Virus record (IMG/VR): IMGVR_UViG_3300042326_002445
Coordinates: 1-64,000 of that record
Direction: 5' to 3' (one strand)
DNA length: 64,000 nt
Shown piece after piece: positions 1 through 10,231 of the stretch (position 1 is the stretch's first letter; every line of letters begins with the position of its first letter). Both the position numbers and the translations under genes were made by a program. The notes under the pieces were generated by a model. That model saw nothing but the letters and a program-made list of their open reading frames with translations, was not told where the DNA came from and did not search any database.

Positions 1-369
1 CACGACATCCTATTAAGTGCTTCTTATGGTGAAGGTTTTGGTTTGCCAGCTTTACAGGCTTGCATGGCAGGTTTGGCTGTAGTTTGTCCGAATTATGGAG
101 GTTATTGTGAATTTTTTAATAAAAACTGTTATGTAGAAGTTAAATCTAAAGGTTTTGCAAAACGGCTTGGTAAAATGGATGGGTTGCCTCAATTTGATAA
201 TTTAGTATGGCCCGTATATGACAAGGATTCCGTACTTGATGCCTTGTATTTATGTATAGGTAATTTGCCTAACATTAAGGAATCTGCTCGTAAAATATCT
301 AATGAATATTCTATAAAATTTAATCATAAGAATATTGGTAAATCTTTTTTAAATGTATTGAAAATGTAA
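1..369 (+). CDS. Glycosyltransferase family 4 (GT-B fold), C-terminal part, 5'-truncated by the window edge
   Basis: Frame 1 is open from base 1 and reads HDILLSASYGEGFGLPALQACMAGLAVVCPNYGGYCEF, matching the GT4 signature S..EGFGLP.LEA.A.G.PV. The ORF-track start at 43 (TTG) is internal. Confidence 0.85.
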   Translation, partial: HDILLSASYGEGFGLPALQACMAGLAVVCPNYGGYCEFFNKNCYVEVKSKGFAKRLGKMDGLPQFDNLVWPVYDKDSVLDALYLCIGNLPNIKESARKISNEYSIKFNHKNIGKSFLNVLKM

Positions 370-370
370 G

Positions 371-3300
371 ATGTTATCACCAGTAATAAAAATAAACAAA
401 TTTGATTCTAAGTCTAAGACTATAAATGCTGTTCTTTTGAATCTAGATTCTAGCAAAAAATATAGACTTGATTTTTCTAATTTAAATTTTGATAATATAA
501 ATGATTCAATTTTTCTATCTTCACATAGTGTATCTCAAATAGAAAATTTGTCTGAAATATCTTTTTCTTATAAAATATTAAGAGATGAAGACAAATTCTT
601 ATACTGTCAAATATATGAGTGGGATCTTGATGGCTGGAACGCTTCTCATGTTGCTACTGCTGTTGTAAAAGAAGATGAAGTTTTAGAAAACAAACATCTT
701 ATTATTGACCCATTATATGTTAGTCACGAAGATAAAATTAATGCTCGTATAAATGGACTACCTAATCATAAATATGATGTAATTATTGGCAAAAATAGTT
801 TTACTATTACTACTAATTCTCGTGGAGTTGGGTCTTTGCACGTTAATGCTATCAATGTAGTAGATTACAAAACTTTTTCTCAAAAATTTGTTCGTAAGTA
901 TTCTTGTAGTTTAATTGATAATGAAACAAAGCAAACAATAGAAAAATCATACTTTGAGTTTGTGCCTGAAAATATGTATGCACTTGCAGCTACTAACGAT
1001 CCTAATAGACCAAGCTGTGTAATATTAGATCCAGACCCTATAGCTGCATTTTCAGTATCTACGGAGCCATTTGACGCTCCATGCTTTTCTCAGCCTTTAG
1101 TTGGTTCTCTGTTTACTTCTGATGGTTCTTTGTATAGTGAATCTACTAGGCTTGAACCGGCTTATAAAAACTGTAATGATGGCTATGTTTCTTCCGCCAT
1201 TTCTGTTGTTAACTCTGCATGTAAAATTTACAATAAACCCAAGTTTGCTGTTTTGAATACATTTGATGAGCTTGCCAAAAGCAGAATAGATAGTCTGTAT
1301 TCTTCTGGTGAATCACAGTTGCCTAATTCTGTTTTTATTCATAGAAACATAGGCTTTGTTTATAGTTCTTGTGATGAAAATGCATCTGATATAAACAATC
1401 CGATAGACCCATGCTCTTTTGCTTCACAAGAAATAAAAAAAATACCAAGAATATTTTTAGGATGTACTACTGGTTCAAATAAGATAAAAGTTCATAGTCT
1501 TGCTCGTGGAGTAATAAAAGCTCCTCCCGCTTATTTTCACAGTGTACTTATTGGGAAGCAGGGGGAAGACGATATTGAATTGCAAGACGGAGATGTAGTA
1601 AACATAGTTTTTGATTTGTCTAATGGTTCTAGGATATCAAAGTCGCTAGAATATAGTGAATCGAATCATGGTAGTATAGAGGCTTTTGTAGAGGCTTTGT
1701 CGTCAGAGATATCTTCAGACTCTAATATAGTTGATGCTGATATTTCTGTACGTCAATATCCAAATTTAAAGAGAATAGATTTTACCTCAAATACAAAATT
1801 TATTATCTTTGCTGGTCAGGTAAACTTTATTGATCCAAACACTGGAGACTATAAAAAGAATGATAAGATTTTGGTTATAAGAGATTCTAAATATACATTT
1901 GATTTTGAAATAACTAATCCATCAGATTATGATGACATTTTAAATGTTTTAAATTCTGGCGGAACTCATATGGTCTTTTTGGACGGTCAATTTAAAGGTC
2001 TTGTCGTTTCTGTTAATAAGACTTCTCAGAGTGGAGTTATAACTTTAGATACTTGCCCACGTGTCAGTAAAGAAAGAAGAGGACTTGGTTCATTTATTGT
2101 TGCAGAAGACACATATTGCGTACATGTAGCTTTCATTAGCAAAGACGGACTTATTCAAGAGTCAGATTCTACAGCAATAACTGCGTTACCATTTTTAAAA
2201 AATGAATTTAATGAAGTTGTACCGTCTTCTCACCCATGCATTACCTCTAATGGGCATGTATTTTGCCAGGGCTTAGTGAGCGGAAAATGGCAAATATTTG
2301 GATATTTTCCTGGCCTCACAGACTCTTCATGGATTCAACTAACAAATAATGGGGAAAACAGAAATCCTAGTGCAGCTTCTGATTCCGAAGGGAATATTCA
2401 TCTAGCGTGGGAAACTGATAGACTTGGCTATACAAGTATTCAGTACGGTTGCATCGGTCCTTCGGCCAAGTTGATTAATAGGCTTGCCTTATCCGGTTTG
2501 ATATCCAAGCAGTTATCAGATGAATTGGTGTCAAAAATATTCAATGTCAGTCCACTTGGTGACAGTTTAAACTTTGTAGAATCAGAATCTGTAAATATTA
2601 ATTTGTTACCAGAATTACAATTAAGAAGCTTAAGATCTGGAGCAGAAATTGGTGGTGGCTCATTTAAAATTATTAGGGAGTTTACTGGCAATATTCGATT
2701 AGATGAAGATCAATTTAATCAGCTCATCCTAGTTCCTTTATCTTTTAATAAATTTGGCTCTATTCGATGGGCTGATGGTATTCCACCTATATTTAATAAT
2801 GGGACTTATTGCACAAGTTATATTGTGCATTTTCAGCAAAATGGCACTGGATCTGGAGAAACTGTAACAAATAATTTTTCTGCAAGATTTAATGGTAAAA
2901 TATTAAGAGTATTTTTAGGTCCTAGTCAGATGACAAGGTCAAATAAAGTTTTTGCTTCTGATGAAATAATATATCCTGTTGTCTCTGGTGATCAATCTCC
3001 AAGCTTTATTGAAAATTTAAATATCGTATCTGGATCTGTAGAAATTTCTGGTGATGGAAAAACTTTAATTTTTTCTATTAATTATAAAGACGCTTTAAAT
3101 ATTGGCCCTATGCAATTAAGAGTTTTAGTTGAAGGAGTTAAATCTCAAAGTTCTGTTGACCAGTCAAATTGGAATAGAATTTTTTCTAACAACGGTAAAA
3201 TAAGTATTGTTGAAAATTCTCAAGTGTGCATAGAGGCTTCTCCTAAGTATGATTGTGCAGTTGCCGCATTATCCGTATATGAAAACGAAGCTGGAGTTTC

Positions 3301-6300
3301 TTTTGATGGTCAAGAAAAAGAAATAAATTTATCGATTCACGCTGATTGTAGTATAGGTCCTCCTGAAAATGAATATGTAGAACCAATTGGGAATGCATCT
3401 GAAGCTATTTTTGATAATTATCTTTCATTGATTGAAAGACTATCAAATCCATTTAATGTTTTTAATGATTCGATTATATGGTTAAAAGAATTTTCTGGAG
3501 AACCTGGTTTTTCACAAGGCAAACAATTCGCTTCAAATTATAGAGACACAAATAATAATTTGATAGTTTCCTTTGAAAACCAATCTAATCGTTATTTTAA
3601 TGGATTTACAAATAACGATCATGTAACATCTTTTACCTTATCTTTTTACTTGCAATCATCGGACATTAACTTGACTAAAGAAATAGCTTTTGGTAAAGAA
3701 ATTTTGGCTTTTTATATTAGTAGAAATGATTTAGAGAATACAGACACAACACTTGGAAAAGGATCTGCTAATAGAGCAAATTTGATGGAAGACGGTGCAG
3801 TAAAGGTAGTTGTAAATAGTGCGCGCAATAAATTAGTATTTCAAATTCCGTCTAATTCTTTTGTAGATTTTACTGTGCGCGTAGTAGTTGCTTCTCAAGA
3901 TTTCTCAAATCCATTTATTATTAAAGACGCGAAAGAGGTTGATTCATTATTTGTGAAGTTCGTTGATCAATTTGTTAAACAAAACGACTCTTCTTATTCA
4001 TTTGATGGCAATAGATTCTCTATTGCTAAAACAGACAAAAGATATGATAGTCTTATTCCTATGCTTGGAACTTTAAGATTTGATGACTTAAATATTAATC
4101 CCAATGCAGTATCTGCTAATTTTACTAATCTGTCTACTATACAGTCTTCTATAGAGGATGTAGATACTTTTTCTTGTTCTGACATCGTTTCTATAGGCAC
4201 ATACGAATTAGTCGATCAGTTTAATATTGATGGAAGCAATAGCCATATTGGGCACTGTTATGTTGGGATAATACCTGAGAGAGTGTCTTTTATTGCTAAA
4301 AACAATGAAACACTTGACGAATATTCTTCTAGGCGTGGTTCTGTTTCTGGATACAGAGAAGCAATAATATCAGATATATATACTGGTGTCGCAAAAGTTT
4401 GTATTATTATAAATGGCGCATCTTCTGCTGGTAAAAATACTTCCTTTGCAAAAGGAACTGTATTTGCAATTTCTGACTATGCCAATATAGATATATCAAA
4501 TAATTTTGCTTTACAGTTAGATGTGAGCTATTTAAGATTAGGGAAAAATGATAAAGATTTAATCAATAAATGGTCTCATGTCTCAAGTGAAGCATTTTAC
4601 CAATCCTCAGAATATAAATTAAACTATCATTTAATGTGCAATGTTTTTATAAACAATAAGCCTGTTATTTCTCATAATGCTCAGATAGATTTAAGTGATA
4701 AAAATAGACAATGGGAAGTTTGTTTTGGAACACCTTTCGGTCTTTACCCTGTTTGTAGGAACGGAGACTCTAGTTTCCTAGATTTTATATCATCTACCAA
4801 ATGGGAATTAAACTATGATCATATAAGAATAGGAAATCCAAAGGTTTCTATTAATAATTCAATTTCTGAAATATCTTCTTATGTTTATTCTTTACCTGCA
4901 ATATCTAAGCCAGTACCTAACTCTGACTCAAGTACAAAAAATGAAATTTTTTCAGAATCTCTTATTGATCCAGGAGACTGGGTATGTTTAGAAGATAGTA
5001 GTCTTTTAATAGATCAATGGTCTGCAGAAAATGGAGGATGCGTATATGTTGGCACATATGCTAAATCTGCAAATGGATTTAAGTCTGTATTGCTAGAATC
5101 ATCTGTGGTGTATTCACAAAATATTGTAAATTTATCTTATAGACTTTATCCTCAAATAAAAACAAGAAGAGGCCGTGTTTCTACTGGGCAAGGTGGTGGG
5201 GTTTCTCAAACAGCAGGTACTTTATACCCAAATGATAGCCATAAAATATATATGACAACGGGTGTAAGGCAAGTCCCAGAAAATCTTCCAAAAATCACAA
5301 AGTCTTTATTTGTTCAATGTGATTCTGAAGTTTTCACTCATAGGCATGATGTTATTTCTGGAAGTTTTAACAATAGTTTATCTTCTTTAAATTATAAAAC
5401 TTTTAGATCAGAGTTTATTCCTAATAGCTCAAACTTTGACATTAATATAAGAAATGTTTCCGATAGTCTTAGCTCTTGTTTTTCTCATTTTTATATTAGT
5501 TATAATAGTACAAGTTGGATATCTGGGTTTACTGGGCCACTTAACCATACTAATGGCTCTACATATGGAGATTCAATATTTTATATTAATCAAGATGGAA
5601 CACTTAATTTGTATAGAGGCTATAATTTATCTGGAAATGTTAGTTCAGAAGATATTGTGTTAAATCCAGACGATCCTTTACAGGTTATTGCTGTAGATTC
5701 TTCTTTGCATTTTGATACATCTACAAATCAAAATGATTCTGCAATTGCTGTAACTCATGATGGATATTTGACAACGTTTACTTCAGATGGTTCAGAAACG
5801 GACATTCCATCGTTTATGTATCAATCAAATTTGCCATCAGACAATAATTATGTTAATGTCTCAGTTGGATGGACTCATGGATGCGCAATTAAGAAAGATG
5901 GTAGCGTTACTTGCTGGGGAGATGATACTTATGGTCAAGTTAGCGGCCAGCCTGCCAACACAAAATTTGTACAAGTTAAAGCAGGCAAGTACTTTACAGT
6001 TGGTCTTAAAGAAAATGGAGAAATTTCTGTTTGGGGACGTGACAACCACGGACAAATTTCTAATAAACCATCAGGTAAGTTTGTCAAAATTGATACTAGC
6101 GCCGACCATGCAGTTGCAATTGGCTTTGATGGGTATCCGGTATCTTGGGGAAAAAACGTTGGGTCAATGTATAGTGTTTCTGTAAGAATTACCGATCCTC
6201 AAACTAAGTTTATTGATATTGCTGCATGTGGAGGTGATGTGTATAATTTGGATACTTATTCTTCAAGTTCTCCAGGTGCTTCTGTATTGACTTCTACTAA

Positions 6301-9300
6301 TCCATTTAATGTTGGTATTGATGTAGATGGAAATATTGTTGCATGGGGGCCATATTCTACTGCATTTACTCCTACAGGCAGAGAGGGTTCGCATGCAGTG
6401 CCTACAGTGCCTTGTGTGGCTGTAAAGCGTGGTATAAAAAACGCACTTTGCTTGGGCGTAGACGGTAAAATATATTCTTATGGCATTTCCTACACCCCTT
6501 CTGACCCTTCAATTGCAGATGCACCATCAAACGTTTCTTCAATTTATAAAACAGATATAGATTTTATATCAGGAGGCGTTTTTGTTAGTAATATTGACAT
6601 TTATCCAATTGCTAATTTAGTAGAAGAAGACGTAGATGTAGATAATTTTAGACTATACGGAATGACTTCTAATAATGAATTTTTGGCATCATATGGATTG
6701 CCATATCTTACATCTTTAAGTGGTGTCCCTTTGGTTTGGAAAAATAATGATTTACAAAAATCTCCGTTTTGCATAGTAGATAAATTTGATAAATTCAGTG
6801 TTGTTTGGGAAGATAATGGAAGAGGTCCTTGGGGCATATCCTTAACTTCCAATATTTGGCTAAATCGTTTCTGCACAGATAAAGTTTATCTTTCAGACAG
6901 GTCTTATTCTGGGATTAATCCATCTATATCTACTGACTCCTCTGGTAAGCGTGTTGTTGTTTGGGAATCTGTAAAAGATGACAATCATTTAATAGAATGT
7001 GCGTCTCACATACTGCATCCTGACTATGTCTCAGAATGTGATGTTGACAAAATAGTAGTTTCAAGTCGTTCTCTGGGTGTAGATATAGATCCATACGATC
7101 CATATAACGTTGAAAAATCTTTAATGTCTTGTAAGGTTGAGGTTTCATTTACAGCACCAGAATTTGGAAATTATTTTTTTACAGTTAAATTTAAAGATTA
7201 TAATAATGATAACATTATTTATAAAATGGCGTCTTCAAGATCAGAGTCTGGCAAATGGTTTATTAACGGTCTAAATATACCGTATAATGGACAGGTAATA
7301 GCTCAGGGAGAAACTGTTGTATTATCTTATGTTCCAGATGCAAATGATGATGTTTTTAACAAAGTTTTAAAAGTTGAAATAGACTACAGTATAGAAAATG
7401 AGCAAGAAGAAATATTTATTACTTATAAAGCAAATAGTATAACTGATGGTAGAGGAATCGGTTGGTGGGATGCTCCTTCAAGGCCATATCCCATAGAAAT
7501 TAAATCGCCTCCCCCAATAGATTTTTTGAATGAATTTTTAATTTTTGACGAATTTTCAGGAAATTCTCCTATTGCTTTATCTGAGCAAAGATCGTCGTAC
7601 TTTGAATCAATTGGCTCTGCTAAAGACGTTAATTTTATCTTTCCAACTGGAGTTTCCAGTTTGCCTGGTTTTAGTGCAGGAGAGTACGTAAAAAGCTTTT
7701 TGCTTGTTCTTGGAGATGATGGATTGACGAGCAATAACGTAGTAGAAGGAACTCTTACTTTTAGCTCTCCCATCGTTGCAGTAATTATAGATTCAAGTAA
7801 CTTGAAATCTACGGATATATATTTTAATGATTCGTCAAGACCAATTAATGTGCAGAGAAAAAATATAGTATCAAACTTTCAATTTTATCAAGGAGAATAT
7901 ATAAAACTTAGTGAGGACAGAAAATCTTTAACAGTAAGATTTAGGCAGCCACGCAGAGCGTCTTGGCCTTCTGTCCCAGGATCTAGTTCATCTAAAAAGC
8001 CAGGTGCTGTTATTGCAAATGTTGAAACAATTGTGAGCGACGTAATAGTTTCAGCAAAAGAACTTCCCGCTTCTTTGGTTTCAGATTCTGGATCGTTAGT
8101 ATTGTCGGATGCAGACGCATTCGGAACTGTTAGCCCTCTTGCTTCTGCTTTGGGAGCAAGCGAGAGGCCTTTTGGTAGTTTAAGAATAGTAGTTTCTAAT
8201 AGTGGAAGTGCTGTTGGTCAAATATCAACAACTTATTTTTGCGCACAACCAATATTTAATTCATGCAAGATAAACATGTCTTATACTAATCAGTCAACAG
8301 AAGTTAAAAATGTCCACTTTAAAGTTTCTGTGTTTGCTGATGCCGATTATAAAGATTCATTGCTTGTTTTTAGTTCGTCGTCTGATCCAAGAATGTGGTC
8401 AAGTGGTAATGACGTATACCCATCTGCAGGTATTGGTGCAGCTCCTAATGCAAGTGTATCTGTTAATTTTACACCACCTATTATAGATGTAGAAAATTTC
8501 CAAGTGCCAGTAGATAGAAGTTCGGTAAATGAGCAAACAAGAATTGCCGGGTATGGCAATTATTATAATTTATCGAGATCCTCTCTTATATGTGGAGTGA
8601 AGTATTATGTAATATTAGAGGCTATTGTTGATGGAAATTATTCTGAAATATCAAGAGGGTCAATATTGTGTCAATGTCAAAATGAATTGGCTTATAAAGA
8701 AGATTCTTTTGATTGGAGAAGTCCATTGAACGGATCTAAAAATACTAGAATTGCACTTTCTCCATACTACATCGGTCACCCTTATATTTATGGCGGGAAA
8801 GATGGTTTATTTGCCATAGTGTGGGAGGATAGCAGAAATTCTGAAAGCACTTATGGAGTTATAAACCGCAATATACAAAAGTCAGATATTTATTGTGGAT
8901 TTTTTGATTTAAATAAAGATGTGATAGAATCTTCATATCATGGAGGTGTAGATAGGTTGCTGATTAACACATCTAGTTCTTCAGATACCGCCATCACTGA
9001 CCACAGAATGCCTGCAATTGTTGCAGATCATTTTGGTAATTTTTCTTTATTTGCAAATATTGGTTACAACAAAATAATTAAAAGATATTTTAGTGTAGGT
9101 CAAAAAATTACACCAACTATTGTAGAAGAATCTGCTGTTACTAAAGCATGTTCATTCACACTGACTGACATATCAAGTTATGCTACTGCCTTTGATGGCG
9201 GAGAGTTTATGCAAGCAAGAGTATCTGAGCGTTTTGTAAAGTCTTACAGAACTATTGCTGCATCTAGTCCTGCCCCAGTCGTAAATGATTGTTTTGTGGA

Positions 9301-10231
9301 TTTGGAAATTATTGGGATACCAGGTGCTATGGCATTTAGAATTAAGAATGAATCCGAGTCTGAATTTACAGATTGGATACCTATAGGACTCCCCATTCAG
9401 CCACTTGACAGTATGGGCAAGATAATAAGTGAAGATGTCGCTAAGTTCAGAGATGCATTTAAAGGAAAGTGGATAGCTAATGATATATTTGTTGCTCCAT
9501 GGGTTTTGAGTAAAGGAGATGGCGTAAAGCGAGTTTGCATAGAAGTTTTGACTCAATTCGGAAAAACTCAACAATTTTGTTTAGACATCATTGCAGAGTA
9601 CGCGTCTATATCGTATATAGTAGAAGTTTATTATGCAGAGTCTGGTGAAACTGACAAGTTGTTTAAGCCTATTCGTTATAAAGGTGTTCCAGTAGTGAAT
9701 AGGAAAACATGGTATAAGGCATCAGAAAATAATCAAACTGCAGTAACATTGTCATTAGAAGATTTGCGTTCAATTAATTTAGATGAATCTACAGAAGTAG
9801 ATTTATATGTTCAAGTTACTTTTGAAGACCCACAAAGAATAGCAAGACTTAATGCGCTCAACCAAATTTCTTCATATTCCTCAAGACGCAAAGACTCAGG
9901 AATGATGAAAGCTTATTTGTACCAGCAAGGAAGTAGAGTCCACGAATCTTCTTTATCTGCTGTCGCAAATAGCGATGGTGTGTATTTTGCAATATTTAAA
10001 ATAAATAAAAATAATGGAGTGACAGATAAGGACGGATTGGGCTTCATATTTATAGATGTCCCTTCAGAATGTCTTAACCCTTTTGTGAAGTCGTTTGTCA
10101 ATACATTAAGACTACTTAGTGACCCAAATTTGGATCTTTCTTACGCAGAGCCTATTAACAACAATGCTTTTATAGAAAAATATATTAACAATGATAAGAG
10201 AAACGCTTTTGGAACTAGGAGATTATTCTAA
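371..10231 (+). CDS. Giant (3286 aa) multidomain putative virion/tail protein with beta-propeller repeats, RCC1 repeats, a DUF642/choice-of-anchor-C-like domain and repeated beta-sandwich domains
   Basis: Uninterrupted 9.9 kb ORF. Propeller-type repeats include NPSAASDSEGNIHLAWE, NPSISTDSSGKRVVVWES and HPYIYGGKDGLFAIVWEDSR. RCC1 repeats lie at about 5840-6490. No signal peptide; TAATG overlap with the next gene. Confidence 0.7.
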   Translation: MLSPVIKINKFDSKSKTINAVLLNLDSSKKYRLDFSNLNFDNINDSIFLSSHSVSQIENLSEISFSYKILRDEDKFLYCQIYEWDLDGWNASHVATAVVKEDEVLENKHLIIDPLYVSHEDKINARINGLPNHKYDVIIGKNSFTITTNSRGVGSLHVNAINVVDYKTFSQKFVRKYSCSLIDNETKQTIEKSYFEFVPENMYALAATNDPNRPSCVILDPDPIAAFSVSTEPFDAPCFSQPLVGSLFTSDGSLYSESTRLEPAYKNCNDGYVSSAISVVNSACKIYNKPKFAVLNTFDELAKSRIDSLYSSGESQLPNSVFIHRNIGFVYSSCDENASDINNPIDPCSFASQEIKKIPRIFLGCTTGSNKIKVHSLARGVIKAPPAYFHSVLIGKQGEDDIELQDGDVVNIVFDLSNGSRISKSLEYSESNHGSIEAFVEALSSEISSDSNIVDADISVRQYPNLKRIDFTSNTKFIIFAGQVNFIDPNTGDYKKNDKILVIRDSKYTFDFEITNPSDYDDILNVLNSGGTHMVFLDGQFKGLVVSVNKTSQSGVITLDTCPRVSKERRGLGSFIVAEDTYCVHVAFISKDGLIQESDSTAITALPFLKNEFNEVVPSSHPCITSNGHVFCQGLVSGKWQIFGYFPGLTDSSWIQLTNNGENRNPSAASDSEGNIHLAWETDRLGYTSIQYGCIGPSAKLINRLALSGLISKQLSDELVSKIFNVSPLGDSLNFVESESVNINLLPELQLRSLRSGAEIGGGSFKIIREFTGNIRLDEDQFNQLILVPLSFNKFGSIRWADGIPPIFNNGTYCTSYIVHFQQNGTGSGETVTNNFSARFNGKILRVFLGPSQMTRSNKVFASDEIIYPVVSGDQSPSFIENLNIVSGSVEISGDGKTLIFSINYKDALNIGPMQLRVLVEGVKSQSSVDQSNWNRIFSNNGKISIVENSQVCIEASPKYDCAVAALSVYENEAGVSFDGQEKEINLSIHADCSIGPPENEYVEPIGNASEAIFDNYLSLIERLSNPFNVFNDSIIWLKEFSGEPGFSQGKQFASNYRDTNNNLIVSFENQSNRYFNGFTNNDHVTSFTLSFYLQSSDINLTKEIAFGKEILAFYISRNDLENTDTTLGKGSANRANLMEDGAVKVVVNSARNKLVFQIPSNSFVDFTVRVVVASQDFSNPFIIKDAKEVDSLFVKFVDQFVKQNDSSYSFDGNRFSIAKTDKRYDSLIPMLGTLRFDDLNINPNAVSANFTNLSTIQSSIEDVDTFSCSDIVSIGTYELVDQFNIDGSNSHIGHCYVGIIPERVSFIAKNNETLDEYSSRRGSVSGYREAIISDIYTGVAKVCIIINGASSAGKNTSFAKGTVFAISDYANIDISNNFALQLDVSYLRLGKNDKDLINKWSHVSSEAFYQSSEYKLNYHLMCNVFINNKPVISHNAQIDLSDKNRQWEVCFGTPFGLYPVCRNGDSSFLDFISSTKWELNYDHIRIGNPKVSINNSISEISSYVYSLPAISKPVPNSDSSTKNEIFSESLIDPGDWVCLEDSSLLIDQWSAENGGCVYVGTYAKSANGFKSVLLESSVVYSQNIVNLSYRLYPQIKTRRGRVSTGQGGGVSQTAGTLYPNDSHKIYMTTGVRQVPENLPKITKSLFVQCDSEVFTHRHDVISGSFNNSLSSLNYKTFRSEFIPNSSNFDINIRNVSDSLSSCFSHFYISYNSTSWISGFTGPLNHTNGSTYGDSIFYINQDGTLNLYRGYNLSGNVSSEDIVLNPDDPLQVIAVDSSLHFDTSTNQNDSAIAVTHDGYLTTFTSDGSETDIPSFMYQSNLPSDNNYVNVSVGWTHGCAIKKDGSVTCWGDDTYGQVSGQPANTKFVQVKAGKYFTVGLKENGEISVWGRDNHGQISNKPSGKFVKIDTSADHAVAIGFDGYPVSWGKNVGSMYSVSVRITDPQTKFIDIAACGGDVYNLDTYSSSSPGASVLTSTNPFNVGIDVDGNIVAWGPYSTAFTPTGREGSHAVPTVPCVAVKRGIKNALCLGVDGKIYSYGISYTPSDPSIADAPSNVSSIYKTDIDFISGGVFVSNIDIYPIANLVEEDVDVDNFRLYGMTSNNEFLASYGLPYLTSLSGVPLVWKNNDLQKSPFCIVDKFDKFSVVWEDNGRGPWGISLTSNIWLNRFCTDKVYLSDRSYSGINPSISTDSSGKRVVVWESVKDDNHLIECASHILHPDYVSECDVDKIVVSSRSLGVDIDPYDPYNVEKSLMSCKVEVSFTAPEFGNYFFTVKFKDYNNDNIIYKMASSRSESGKWFINGLNIPYNGQVIAQGETVVLSYVPDANDDVFNKVLKVEIDYSIENEQEEIFITYKANSITDGRGIGWWDAPSRPYPIEIKSPPPIDFLNEFLIFDEFSGNSPIALSEQRSSYFESIGSAKDVNFIFPTGVSSLPGFSAGEYVKSFLLVLGDDGLTSNNVVEGTLTFSSPIVAVIIDSSNLKSTDIYFNDSSRPINVQRKNIVSNFQFYQGEYIKLSEDRKSLTVRFRQPRRASWPSVPGSSSSKKPGAVIANVETIVSDVIVSAKELPASLVSDSGSLVLSDADAFGTVSPLASALGASERPFGSLRIVVSNSGSAVGQISTTYFCAQPIFNSCKINMSYTNQSTEVKNVHFKVSVFADADYKDSLLVFSSSSDPRMWSSGNDVYPSAGIGAAPNASVSVNFTPPIIDVENFQVPVDRSSVNEQTRIAGYGNYYNLSRSSLICGVKYYVILEAIVDGNYSEISRGSILCQCQNELAYKEDSFDWRSPLNGSKNTRIALSPYYIGHPYIYGGKDGLFAIVWEDSRNSESTYGVINRNIQKSDIYCGFFDLNKDVIESSYHGGVDRLLINTSSSSDTAITDHRMPAIVADHFGNFSLFANIGYNKIIKRYFSVGQKITPTIVEESAVTKACSFTLTDISSYATAFDGGEFMQARVSERFVKSYRTIAASSPAPVVNDCFVDLEIIGIPGAMAFRIKNESESEFTDWIPIGLPIQPLDSMGKIISEDVAKFRDAFKGKWIANDIFVAPWVLSKGDGVKRVCIEVLTQFGKTQQFCLDIIAEYASISYIVEVYYAESGETDKLFKPIRYKGVPVVNRKTWYKASENNQTAVTLSLEDLRSINLDESTEVDLYVQVTFEDPQRIARLNALNQISSYSSRRKDSGMMKAYLYQQGSRVHESSLSAVANSDGVYFAIFKINKNNGVTDKDGLGFIFIDVPSECLNPFVKSFVNTLRLLSDPNLDLSYAEPINNNAFIEKYINNDKRNAFGTRRLF
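5840..6490 (+). repeat. RCC1/BLIP-II-like beta-propeller repeats (protein level) within 371..10231
   Basis: VSVGWTHGCAIKKDGSVTCWGDDTYGQ, VKAGKYFTVGLKENGEISVWGRDNHGQ, IDTSADHAVAIGFDGYPVSWG and VGIDVDGNIVAWG match the RCC1 consensus. Confidence 0.85.
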
